Shown here: one piece after another, positions 9,084-17,448 of the stretch
How positions within the stretch are numbered: the stretch's first letter is position 1
How the letters are laid out: each line of letters opens with the position of its first letter
Origin: a virus
Taxonomy: Duplodnaviria > Caudoviricetes
Length of the DNA stretch: 64,000 bases
Direction: 5' to 3' (one strand)
Virus record (IMG/VR): IMGVR_UViG_3300033559_000026
Location: 4,399 to 68,398 of that record
Made by a program: the position numbers and the translations under genes
The notes under the pieces: model-generated
Database searches by the model: none
What the model was told of the DNA's origin: nothing
Seen by the model: only the letters and a program-made list of their open reading frames with translations

Positions 9084-10073
9084 TCAGGGCACCACGCTGA
9101 AGGCATCGCCCACCTTGGCAACCTTACCCATTTTCGTCAAGGCTTTGAGCAGCCGAACCGTGCGGTCGAAGCCACTCGGGTCGCTCGGCAGCGAAGCCCA
9201 GCCAGCCAACTCGACTTCCTTGATGCTGCCCTTGCTCTTCATGAACTCCACGAGGTTGTTCATTTCACGAGCCTTCTTCTCGGCACGCTGACCGCCGCCA
9301 GCACCCATCGCGCTCTTGTCTTTGTTGTTCGCCTGACTATCGTCAATCGGGTTCTCGAAATCCCAACCGCTGCGGGTCATGCGCAGCGAGACGTTGCCCG
9401 TCGAGCCGAACCGGTTCTTGTCGATTTCGATGTTGCGAGCGCCGGGTCCGAAGTCTTCCTCGTTCATTTTGCTGATGCTCACGCAGCCATCAACCATGTG
9501 TTCGATGGAACTGTTGCCCTTGCTCTTGCCTTCCTTGGTGCAGTGAAGGATGATGAAGACAATGGTATTGGTTTCCTTCGCACGCTTGTAGAACTGACCA
9601 GTCGCCCAAACCTCGGTGTCGAACTTGGGGATATTTTCGTCGGTGGTCATGGCAGCGAGCGAGTCGATGATGATCACGTTGAACTTGCCCATGAGCGGGA
9701 TGATGCTCTCAACCTTGCTCTTGTTGCACACCGCTACGTCGGTCGTGCCGAGACGCTGGCAGGAGTAGGCAAGCTGGGCAACGTGTTCCTCACCCGAGAT
9801 GTACAGAGCCTTGACGCTCGTGGTCGCACGCTGGAAGCCCTGCGCCAACTGAAGAAGCAGGGTGGTCTTGCCGACGCCACGGGGAGCCGACACCGTGTAA
9901 ACGGAGCCTGGGACGAAGTTGCCCACAAGGTCATCGACTAGGGTGATGCCGCATGACAGACGGTTGAAGAAGCAGTCGGGAATGTCAATCTCACCCGCGA
10001 TCTGGATATCAGTTTCCTGAATTCCAACATCGTGGACGGAAGAGCGAGCGGGAGCTTTGAGTGTCTTGGTCAT
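9084..10073 (-). CDS. RadA/Sms-like RecA-fold ATPase (lacking Zn finger and Lon-like domain)
   Basis: Walker A APRGVGKT, YISGEE, Walker B IIIDS, IEHMVD, KNRFG signature. Confidence 0.8.
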   Translation of the reverse strand: MTKTLKAPARSSVHDVGIQETDIQIAGEIDIPDCFFNRLSCGITLVDDLVGNFVPGSVYTVSAPRGVGKTTLLLQLAQGFQRATTSVKALYISGEEHVAQLAYSCQRLGTTDVAVCNKSKVESIIPLMGKFNVIIIDSLAAMTTDENIPKFDTEVWATGQFYKRAKETNTIVFIILHCTKEGKSKGNSSIEHMVDGCVSISKMNEEDFGPGARNIEIDKNRFGSTGNVSLRMTRSGWDFENPIDDSQANNKDKSAMGAGGGQRAEKKAREMNNLVEFMKSKGSIKEVELAGWASLPSDPSGFDRTVRLLKALTKMGKVAKVGDAFSVVP

Positions 10074-10115
10074 ATGTGTTTATTGTAGGGGTTGGGGGCG
10101 GAAGTCAAGCGTCAG

Positions 10116-10325
10116 TTATGCCGCATCATCCACGACAATCTGCTTGACATAGAAGTTGAAGCACAAGCCCTTTGTGGCGATGTTGTTGGCAACTGTGTCA
10201 TACAACTCCTGCGCTCGGAACTCAGCATCCTCGGGTTTCGAGAAGATGCCGAAGTTGCGCTCAACCTCCAGCATATTGCCGTTGAGGGAGACGGTGCGGG
10301 TGACGGAGAAGAGTTTCTTGCTCAT
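10116..10325 (-). CDS. Hypothetical protein, leaderless
   Basis: Promoter abutting ATG. Confidence 0.65.
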   Translation of the reverse strand: MSKKLFSVTRTVSLNGNMLEVERNFGIFSKPEDAEFRAQELYDTVANNIATKGLCFNFYVKQIVVDDAA

Positions 10326-10569
10326 GCGAGTATCTTACAGGGTTGTGGTGAGAGTCAAGAACTACCTGTCACCAGCCACGAAGCGGTCGAAGTATTCCTG
10401 GGTATCCTCGGTGACTTCCTGCCCGTCGTTGGTGACGGAAGCATACAGGTCATCCAAGTCTCGTTCCTGCTTCATGAAAGCCTGGACGAGCGGATCGGTG
10501 GAGGGGAGGTTTTCGATTTGGGAGTAGCGGATCATGAGCATGATTATATGGAGCGGGAGCCAATGTCAA

Positions 10570-10598
10570 GAACGAAGAAACCCAGCGCAAGCTGGGTT
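10570..10598 (-). terminator. Intrinsic terminator
   Basis: AACCCAGC-TTGC-GCTGGGTT then TCTTCGTTCTT. Confidence 0.6.
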
Positions 10599-10709
10599 GA
10601 GAGTCGGCGGATCTAAGGTCAAATGGACCGGGTGCTGCTGCCCCCCTCTAGCGACCGCAGGCGTCGTTCCTGCGGTGGTCATTGTTTTTCGCTATTCTCG
10701 TTTACTCGT

Positions 10710-10943
10710 TTACTTAACCATCCCCTCAAGCACGCTCTGGCTCACCTTCTCAGCCCCACCCAGCCCATACTGCCCCAGGTGCTTGCTGGTGGTGCGGGAA
10801 TACTTGACCTCGGTCTGGTAGCGGGTGCCATCGGCAGCCACCACACCCACAAGGGTCTTGTAGGAGTAGTACGCCTCGACACCAGACTGGAGTCGGACGG
10901 CAACTCGGTTGCTCTCGTTGATGATGATGGTGGGGGTAGACAT
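10710..10943 (-). CDS. Hypothetical protein
   Basis: ORF track, phage-like small protein. Confidence 0.65.
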   Translation of the reverse strand: MSTPTIIINESNRVAVRLQSGVEAYYSYKTLVGVVAADGTRYQTEVKYSRTTSKHLGQYGLGGAEKVSQSVLEGMVK

Positions 10944-11017
10944 GGGAGTGTGCCTTTCGTGGCTTCTCTTGGGTGATGTGTCTATTCTACAGAGTCGGAG
11001 CGGAAGTCAAGACCTTT

Positions 11018-11323
11018 TCAGGCGACCCGAACCGCATCCACTCGGAAGTAGCGAGCCGCACGCTCGGTGACTTCCTCGACCACGGGGCGGAGAGCGGCGG
11101 GGATCTTGGCATCGGTGCCCTTGACAGCCCGACCGAAGGCAATCTGCCACGACTTGCGCTTGTCGATGTTGCCCAGCTTGCGGTCAGCCTTGGCGACGAA
11201 AGCCCAGCCAACGGTCACATCACCAGACGGACCCTGGAAGGCAGCAGCCAGCCCGATGGGGTTGCCCTTGGAGTCACGCAGATGGCGAGCGACGGTGTTG
11301 CGGGGGACGGTGAACTTGGACAT
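11018..11323 (-). CDS. Hypothetical protein
   Basis: AAGGA RBS before MSKFTV. Confidence 0.7.
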   Translation of the reverse strand: MSKFTVPRNTVARHLRDSKGNPIGLAAAFQGPSGDVTVGWAFVAKADRKLGNIDKRKSWQIAFGRAVKGTDAKIPAALRPVVEEVTERAARYFRVDAVRVA

Positions 11324-11607
11324 GTGTTTTTCCTTGTAGGAGGTTGAGAGTTGATTGTAGGAGGCGGGAGCCGTTGTCAAGCGATAGCTGCGACGGCGCT
11401 TTTGATGCTATGAAAAAACGAATCGCAGTAGCAGTCGGTCATGATGTCGGTGTGAGGGCTGCGAGCGACCACATAGGTCGTGATCGGGTCTTTCTCGTCG
11501 TAGTAGCTCGTGCCACCCTTGACATGCACGAACTTGGGCTGGGTGTGCCACTCGACCATCCGACCGGAATTGGGGTTCTCAGCGATGAAGCTGGGATTAC
11601 CCCGACG

Positions 11608-11731
11608 CTCCTGCTCCCGAGTGGAACGAAGCCCGGAATGGAACATCCATTTCGGGAGCAGGCGTTATATAAACTTGAGTTTTCCGGACTTCGTTTATTG
11701 TTCCTGCTATTACTATTTATATTATAGCAGG
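11608..11731 (-). ncRNA. Structured leader element, copy D (complete, no endonuclease downstream)
   Basis: TATAAATA 11714-21; ACGAAGTCCGGAA/TTCCGGGCTTCGT, CCTGCTCCCG/CGGGAGCAGG; no ATG after the AGGAG. Confidence 0.8.
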
Positions 11732-11742
11732 TTTTCTTATTT

Positions 11743-12078
11743 TTACATCTTCACATATGAAACGGAATAATACTTGCAGGCATCCTCCGCGATCTGGTCA
11801 AGCTCGGCAAGATACTTGTTGTGCTGCGCTTCGACGTTGCCCTTGGTCATGCGAACCTTGCCACGCTGGAACACTCGGTTGTAGTCACGCCCCATCAGAT
11901 ACTTGACGAAGCCACCCTCCACGATGCCGACACTGGCACGGGTGATGAGTTCACCATCGAACGAGCGGTGAGTGGTCAGGGAAAGCTGACGGTTGCCAGG
12001 AAGGGCGGCGGTCGTTTCGACTCGCTTCTCCTTGCTGGTGAAGGTGGAGTAGGTGGTGGAGACGAGAGTGTTGCTCAT
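11743..12078 (-). CDS. Hypothetical protein
   Basis: Own promoter TTGACA/TACAAT. Confidence 0.7.
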   Translation of the reverse strand: MSNTLVSTTYSTFTSKEKRVETTAALPGNRQLSLTTHRSFDGELITRASVGIVEGGFVKYLMGRDYNRVFQRGKVRMTKGNVEAQHNKYLAELDQIAEDACKYYSVSYVKM

Positions 12079-12109
12079 GGGTATGATTGTATTGGTTGGG
12101 GTGGGCTTG

Positions 12110-12406
12110 TCAAGAGGGAAAAGTTGTTCCCTCGGGGTAGTAGGCGTTGCGGGGTTTGGTTTCAGGCGGCGAACAGTGACCAGCGTCGATCAGAGCGGCG
12201 GCGGTTCGACCATAGCAGCCCTGAAGCTGCCACGCCATTCCGGTGTCGATCAAGCCCTGGAAAAAGTCGATGACTTCATCCTCGGTGTTTATTTCACCGG
12301 ACTCGAAAGCCATGATCTTATCCACAGAGCAGCGGGGGTCATTGAGAGCCATGTAGGCGGTTCCTTGGTTGTTGAGCATATCATAGGCATCGGCTGCATA
12401 TGTCAA
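12110..12406 (-). CDS. Hypothetical protein
   Basis: ORF; true start possibly internal. Confidence 0.6.
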   Translation of the reverse strand: MTYAADAYDMLNNQGTAYMALNDPRCSVDKIMAFESGEINTEDEVIDFFQGLIDTGMAWQLQGCYGRTAAALIDAGHCSPPETKPRNAYYPEGTTFPS

Positions 12407-12407
12407 G

Positions 12408-12779
12408 TCACTTCTTCACAGGCACCAAGATGCCGTCCTTCTGCACAAAATCCATGGTCAGGGCGGGGTCATTGCTGCTTGCGGCAGTCTGCTTGCGCTT
12501 CTTGCGACCATCGGGGGTGCGCTTCGGCTTGTTGAGCGGCTTGCCTTCCAGATTGGTCTTGACAACCCGTTCATCCTTCTGGCGGAAATACTCACCAATG
12601 TCGATCAGCTTCTCCATGATAACATCACGAAGCGGGGCGAAGGTCGGGTGCTTGAGCATGAAGCGGAGAGAAGCCACGACTTCCTCACTCAGTCGGTCAG
12701 GCTCATACGAGCGGATAGTGGCAGCAAGAGCGGCGTAGGCTGGCTTCATTGGGGGTTCCTTATGCGGTTCATTATCCAT
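12408..12779 (-). CDS. Hypothetical protein
   Basis: ORF track. Confidence 0.55.
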   Translation of the reverse strand: MDNEPHKEPPMKPAYAALAATIRSYEPDRLSEEVVASLRFMLKHPTFAPLRDVIMEKLIDIGEYFRQKDERVVKTNLEGKPLNKPKRTPDGRKKRKQTAASSNDPALTMDFVQKDGILVPVKK

Positions 12780-12811
12780 GGTAGCATCCTCCTGTCAATA
12801 CTATTTAGACA

Positions 12812-12846
12812 CGAAAAACCCCCACCTGTACCACACAGATGGGGGA
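12812..12846 (-). terminator. Intrinsic terminator
   Basis: CCCCCATCTGT-loop-ACAGGTGGGGG then TTTTT. Confidence 0.7.
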
Positions 12847-12874
12847 ACGCCTTGGTGCAGCGTATTTGTTTTTA

Positions 12875-13696
12875 TCAAGCCTGCGGGGCGGTGAAGTCCT
12901 CGGGCTGGGTAGGCGCAGGAACATCAGCCTTCACGGCAGGCTGGCGGCGGTAGGCGAACTTCTCGGCACCAAACTCCTTGCGAAGATGCGGCAGCGAACG
13001 CTGGAAGGTTGCGAGCTTCCAACCGACAGCATCGGCGCACTCCTGGGCGCTCTTGCCGCTATTCCAGGCTTCCGACAGCTTCTCGACCTTCGCCAGCTTC
13101 TCAGCCTGACCCTCGGCGGTGTTCAGCGCCGTGCGACCGAAAGCGGGGCGCTTGGGAAAGAGTTCAGGGAACTTGCGGCGAAGAAGAACGATCTTGACCT
13201 GGGCGGCATTGTCCGACTTCAGACCAGCAGCTTCACGAAGCTCACCGATCTTCGCACCGCTCTTCCAGAGAGCCGAGAGAGCGTTGACCTTCTGCATCTT
13301 CGCTTCCTTCTTCGCACCCTTGACAGCAGCAACCTGCTCGGCACGGGCAGCCGACTTCACAGCAAGTCGCTCCTTGTGGGCGGCGATAGGAACGATGCCC
13401 TGACCCTTGAGGATCAGCGAGATGTTCTGGTGGGTGACATTGTATTCAGCGGCGAGCGCACGAGTCGAAGCTCCAGCCGCAGCCTTGGCGGCAATCTCGG
13501 CGTTGCGCTCGGTGAACTTCGAGGTCTTGTGGGTATACTTGCGCTTCTCGGGCTTGATGCCCTTGACCAGCTTGTTCACGGAAGGGGCGGAGATGTTATG
13601 CTTGACAGCAAGCTCTCCCTGAGTGAAGTTGCCAGTGGCGTAGTCAGCACGGATGGCGGCGGTGAGGGTTTCATCAATCTTGGCACGAACAGTCAT
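12875..13696 (-). CDS. Multi-HTH DNA-binding protein
   Basis: About four HTH-like segments (TQGELAVKHNISAPSV; STRALAAEYNVTHQNI; KIGELREAAGL; SAQECADAVGWKLAT); basic. Confidence 0.65.
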   Translation of the reverse strand: MTVRAKIDETLTAAIRADYATGNFTQGELAVKHNISAPSVNKLVKGIKPEKRKYTHKTSKFTERNAEIAAKAAAGASTRALAAEYNVTHQNISLILKGQGIVPIAAHKERLAVKSAARAEQVAAVKGAKKEAKMQKVNALSALWKSGAKIGELREAAGLKSDNAAQVKIVLLRRKFPELFPKRPAFGRTALNTAEGQAEKLAKVEKLSEAWNSGKSAQECADAVGWKLATFQRSLPHLRKEFGAEKFAYRRQPAVKADVPAPTQPEDFTAPQA

Positions 13697-13791
13697 TGTG
13701 TTTCTCCTTGTAGGTTGTAATGACAGGTTTAGTATAACAGGCTTTAGCGGATCGGCAATCGGGAAAGAAGCTTATAGCTTTTTGGTTGGTG

Positions 13792-14310
13792 TCAAAAGCG
13801 GGGCGATGAGAAAGGCTTGGAGACGAGTGTGCCGTTGGGCAGGCGTACCACGTCGAACACAAAGAAATGCTTGCCTGTCTGAAGCTCCTTCCATTCGCTC
13901 GACTCCATCAGACTCTCCTGGGTGCTGAACTCACGGGAGACGATAGAGTAGGAGGGGCTGGTCTTCGAGTAATCGTGACCACTGCCCGGCAGGGCTTCGA
14001 ACGAAACCTTGGAGTCAGCCAATCCCCAGCCGAACATCTGGCGCAGGAGCTTAATGCAGCCGATCTTGTTGGTGCTTCCTTCAGGGTTGACGCCCGTGAT
14101 GCGGATGTGGAACAGACCCTTGTTCTCATCTTCACGCTCCAGAGCGTCGGCATGCTTGGCGACTTCTTCGATGAAGCGGATAGGGTCATCAACAGCCTGT
14201 AGACGGGAGAAGCCGTTCCACTGGTTCAGCGTCAGAAGAGTCTGAATGCTGCCAACCAGAAGCCGTGCCAGTTCCTTGGCGTTGCAATCCTTCTCACCGA
14301 TGATATCCAT
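13792..14310 (-). CDS. Hypothetical protein with ribosomal L7/L12 C-terminal-like segment
   Basis: NKIGCIKLLRQMFGWGLADSK resembles the KI.IK.VR..GLGL.EAK motif. Confidence 0.5.
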   Translation of the reverse strand: MDIIGEKDCNAKELARLLVGSIQTLLTLNQWNGFSRLQAVDDPIRFIEEVAKHADALEREDENKGLFHIRITGVNPEGSTNKIGCIKLLRQMFGWGLADSKVSFEALPGSGHDYSKTSPSYSIVSREFSTQESLMESSEWKELQTGKHFFVFDVVRLPNGTLVSKPFSSPRF

Positions 14311-14505
14311 TAGAAGAAGCTCGCAATCTTCTCGAAGTAGAAGGCAACCATCACCACATACTCACCGCAGAAGCGGTTGTAGTGGATCATGGAGTTCATG
14401 AAGGCAGTGGCTTGCTCGGCTGACTCGAACATTGTTTTTCTTCCTTGATGTGTATATTGTAGGAGTTGGCGAACAGAAGTCAAGGGGTCAGGACTGCCCC
14501 TTATC

Positions 14506-15246
14506 TCAAACTGTATCACACAACACATTATCCAGAAACACAACTATATCCGCATCGGACATAGTAAACTTTATTCTATATAAAACTATATTGTTATCAT
14601 TACAATATTTGGTTTTTATATTATCTCTTCTACGAACTTTACTCAACTGTTCTTCACTGTCAGTTCCAAACCAAATATTAGATTTATAAAAATGCTGCTC
14701 CCCATCATATTCTATACAAATGTTTTTAGATGGTAAGTAAAAATCAAAAGGAAGTGGAAGTTTATCGCGACAACTATGAAATCTTTTTTCCCGTGTAAAA
14801 TCTATATTTTTACTTTTTAGGTATTCTTCTATGAAAATCTCCCTCTTACTACTTCGACATTTAGGGCATCCTTTTCCGCTTATAAAACTTCCAGCTAACG
14901 GGGACCACTCTCCGTGTTTCCTACATATAACAACTATTCGGGAGCGGGTGCCTTTATATTCTATTTTATCCAACAAATATCTATCGCCGTGTTTCACTTT
15001 ACATCTATCAATAAAATCATTATCATGTGTTCTTGTTTTAGTGTTGGACGCTTCCTGGCTACATTTCTTACATCCACATACCAAAAACCTATCGGCTCTT
15101 GTATTCCATTCTCCATGTATTTTACATATTGGTGTCACTTTACATCTGGAGTTCGTATAAACTATTTTACTAATATCATATTTGTCGCCATGTTTATCAA
15201 TACAATCTAATATATACTTTTCGTGCGATTTAGGTTTCGGACCCAT
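14506..15246 (-). CDS. Free-standing homing-endonuclease-like protein: Cys/His repeats plus Vsr/DUF559-like nuclease domain
   Basis: Two HGDKY..CKIHGEW..GCxxC repeats; LPFDFYLP..ICIEYDGEQH; AT-rich. Confidence 0.8.
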   Translation of the reverse strand: MGPKPKSHEKYILDCIDKHGDKYDISKIVYTNSRCKVTPICKIHGEWNTRADRFLVCGCKKCSQEASNTKTRTHDNDFIDRCKVKHGDRYLLDKIEYKGTRSRIVVICRKHGEWSPLAGSFISGKGCPKCRSSKREIFIEEYLKSKNIDFTREKRFHSCRDKLPLPFDFYLPSKNICIEYDGEQHFYKSNIWFGTDSEEQLSKVRRRDNIKTKYCNDNNIVLYRIKFTMSDADIVVFLDNVLCDTV

Positions 15247-15375
15247 AAAATAACTCCTGCTTCCGTGTGGAACAAGTCTGGAATGGAACATCCACTCCGG
15301 AAGCAGGCGCTATAATAAACTTGAGTTTTCCAGACTTGTTTACTGTTCCTGCTAATACTATTTATATTATAGCAG
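15247..15375 (-). ncRNA. Structured leader element, copy E
   Basis: TATAAATA 15359-66; ACAAGTCTGGAA/TTCCAGACTTGT, CCTGCTTCCG/CGGAAGCAGG. Confidence 0.8.
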
Positions 15376-15386
15376 AAAAATGTATT

Positions 15387-15683
15387 TTAACTAACTCCGG
15401 TGGGATGACTGCCATTCCAGCTTGCGTCATGGTCAGCCGCATCCTCGGCATCATACATGTCGTTGCGGGGCATCTGCTCCAGCATCTCGTATCGGTTGGA
15501 GGTCAGACCCGAACGCAGCTTGGCGTTGTATCGCTGACGGGCTTCCTCGGCAATCGTCAGCATGAGGTCAAGATACTCGTTGTCGTCGGTGACTCCACCA
15601 GCCGAAGCGGGGTTGTCAGCCCGATGGACTGCTTCGAGGTAGGCGGAGAAGATTCGACCAGCGGTGGGGGAGAGGTTGCTCAT
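15387..15683 (-). CDS. Hypothetical protein
   Basis: Start MSNLSPT 7 nt after TACAAT. Confidence 0.65.
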   Translation of the reverse strand: MSNLSPTAGRIFSAYLEAVHRADNPASAGGVTDDNEYLDLMLTIAEEARQRYNAKLRSGLTSNRYEMLEQMPRNDMYDAEDAADHDASWNGSHPTGVS

Positions 15684-15700
15684 GGGTATTATTGTATGGG

Positions 15701-15952
15701 TTATTTCAGAGACGCAAGTATTTTTTCCAGAGTCTTTATGAACTCCCAGCGGTCGTTCTCTTTTGCCACAGTGATCCAGATATGGTTGCCGAAGTGCCCG
15801 TTGTATTCGATATCCCAAACGCCCTCAACCTTTTTGAGTTGTGCGTATGGGGTCGTATCGTCATGCTCGTCATCAGCACGCTCAAGCAAGATGAACTTGT
15901 CAAGAGGAATGTCGATCTTGTAGGTCAGGCTGACGATTTCGTGGCGAAGCAT
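15701..15952 (-). CDS. Hypothetical protein
   Basis: ORF track. Confidence 0.6.
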   Translation of the reverse strand: MLRHEIVSLTYKIDIPLDKFILLERADDEHDDTTPYAQLKKVEGVWDIEYNGHFGNHIWITVAKENDRWEFIKTLEKILASLK

Positions 15953-16163
15953 TACTTGCTCACCAGCCCATCAGCACCAATCACAGCCACACGGCGCTTG
16001 TAGCCCTTGGGGTCGAGGTCATGGATCACCACCCTGCGAGGATTGGGATTGTGCGAGTTCTTGATGGTTTCAGCCGACGCATTGACGGCGGTCGCCTCTG
16101 TGTCACCCACACCGAGAGTCAGAGCGTTTCCAGAGTCGGTCACGAGGTAGCGGGGGATTGGCT

Positions 16164-16463
16164 TCACTTGGCAGTCTCCGCAGCGATGGCATCGGCACTT
16201 GCCGCCCAACTCTCGCTGTCCATCACGATGTTTTTCAGGGTTTCGGGCGACTGCACCGCCATGAGATACGCAATCTCACGATACATTGCCCACTTATTCG
16301 TGAGGAACTTGCGAGTGTCCTCACTCAGCCCCTTGGCATTGGACGCCTTGAAGTAGTTTTCAGCCACCTTGGAGATGGCGATGTTGATGTTTTTCTTGGA
16401 GACGCGCTTCATGGGGTATCCTTGGTTGATGCTCTGATTGTAGCGAGCTACCGTCAGAGTCAA
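16164..16463 (-). CDS. Hypothetical protein
   Basis: ORF track; start possibly MKRVSK. Confidence 0.6.
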   Translation of the reverse strand: MTLTVARYNQSINQGYPMKRVSKKNINIAISKVAENYFKASNAKGLSEDTRKFLTNKWAMYREIAYLMAVQSPETLKNIVMDSESWAASADAIAAETAK

Positions 16464-16648
16464 TCCCGAACCTTAACCTCATCGTAGCTGCACCACACAC
16501 TTGCACCGCCTCCCAGCGAGGGAATGTCAACGAGGCAGCCGTCATCAGCAACCTCCGACACGACACCATCGGCTGCGATGCGTCCCCAATCCTCGTCATC
16601 CTTATTGACATGAACGGGAGACATGGGACGGATGTTGGGACGGGACAT
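16460..16648 (-). CDS. Hypothetical protein
   Basis: RBS and upstream promoter. Confidence 0.6.
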   Translation of the reverse strand: MSRPNIRPMSPVHVNKDDEDWGRIAADGVVSEVADDGCLVDIPSLGGGASVWCSYDEVKVRD

Positions 16649-16871
16649 GTTTGTTTTCCTTGGTTGATGCTCAGAGTATATCAGTCGGCAGCCAGAGTCA
16701 AGAGATAACCACCTGCCGCAGCCCGCTCTCCTTCACATCGTAAGCTTTCTCCACACCATCATCATTGCCCACAGTGTCATACTGAGCCAGCACGACTTCC
16801 ATGTGAGCAGCCTTGGGGTTTTTCTTGATGACATCGTTGAGGCGGTTGATGAGTTCCTGGGCAGTCATGGT

Positions 16872-17222
16872 TCAGGCTCCCAACTTGACAAGAGCCGCCA
16901 GCACTCGCTTGGAGCCACCCGAGCGGTTCATCTTGAAGCGACCGCTGTTGAGGGCGCACATGCCACCGATGCCGCCGCCATCCGTGCCCCAATCCGAGCC
17001 GGGTTCCGTGCGAGGCAGCAGACCCAGCACCGAGTAGTACATCATGTCGCAGTCGCGGAAGCCTTCGTTGCTGCCAGCCGGGAAGCTCTTGTGAACGGTC
17101 AGGATGCCGCCGCGAACCTCAAGCGTGAAGCCGTACTTGGCAGCGGCTTCCTTGATGCTCTTGGCGATTTCGATGGGAGAGGGCTTGGTAGCCATGGGGT
17201 CATGTCCTTGGTTGATGCTCAC
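16872..17222 (-). CDS. Hypothetical protein
   Basis: Own promoter TTGACA/TATCAT. Confidence 0.7.
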   Translation of the reverse strand: MSINQGHDPMATKPSPIEIAKSIKEAAAKYGFTLEVRGGILTVHKSFPAGSNEGFRDCDMMYYSVLGLLPRTEPGSDWGTDGGGIGGMCALNSGRFKMNRSGGSKRVLAALVKLGA

Positions 17223-17310
17223 ATGATAGCGACTGGAAGCCGCTTGTCAAGCCTCAGTTTTGAGCATATCCAGCGCCTCTTTCAGCCCGTCCACCAATCC
17301 AGAATTATAC

Positions 17311-17338
17311 ATAAAAACGCCCTTTGCACTCGGGCGTT
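17311..17338 (-). terminator. Intrinsic terminator downstream of truncated element F
   Basis: AACGCCC-GAGTGCAAA-GGGCGTT then TTTAT. Confidence 0.65.
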
Positions 17339-17369
17339 CATCCATCATCTCACAAGACTTATCGCGTAG

Positions 17370-17436
17370 AAACTTGACTTTCCAGGGTTCCGTTTATTGT
17401 TCCTGCTAATACTATTTATATAAGTATTATAGCAGG
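17370..17436 (-). ncRNA. Structured leader element, copy F (5' half only)
   Basis: CCTGCTA..TATAAATA(17413-20)..TAGCAGGAACAATAA-ACGGAACCCTGGAA-AGTCAAGTTT, then homology stops. Confidence 0.7.
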
Positions 17437-17448
17437 TTTTCAGTTATT

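Noticed and set aside
10600-10705. Second candidate small RNA (hairpin ACCGCAGG/CCTGCGGT before a terminator)
   Set aside because: No dedicated promoter, and a short ORF with a plausible start spans it; evidence is too weak.
9015-13720. Long plus-strand ORFs (9015-9941, 12839-13720, also 7738-8388, 16803-17369)
   Set aside because: They are antisense shadows of minus-strand genes that have promoters and recognisable motifs.
188-17436. IscB/TnpB (OMEGA) or TIGR-type RNA-guided system as the identity of the repeated element
   Set aside because: The linked proteins show no RuvC or Nop motifs, and the variable segments pair internally rather than looking like free guides. An RNP role is not excluded, but these named systems are not supported.
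188-17436. Hammerhead, HDV-like or group I intron identity for the element
   Set aside because: No CUGAUGA/GAAA core, the pairing order differs from the HDV fold, and the copies are intergenic rather than interrupting genes.
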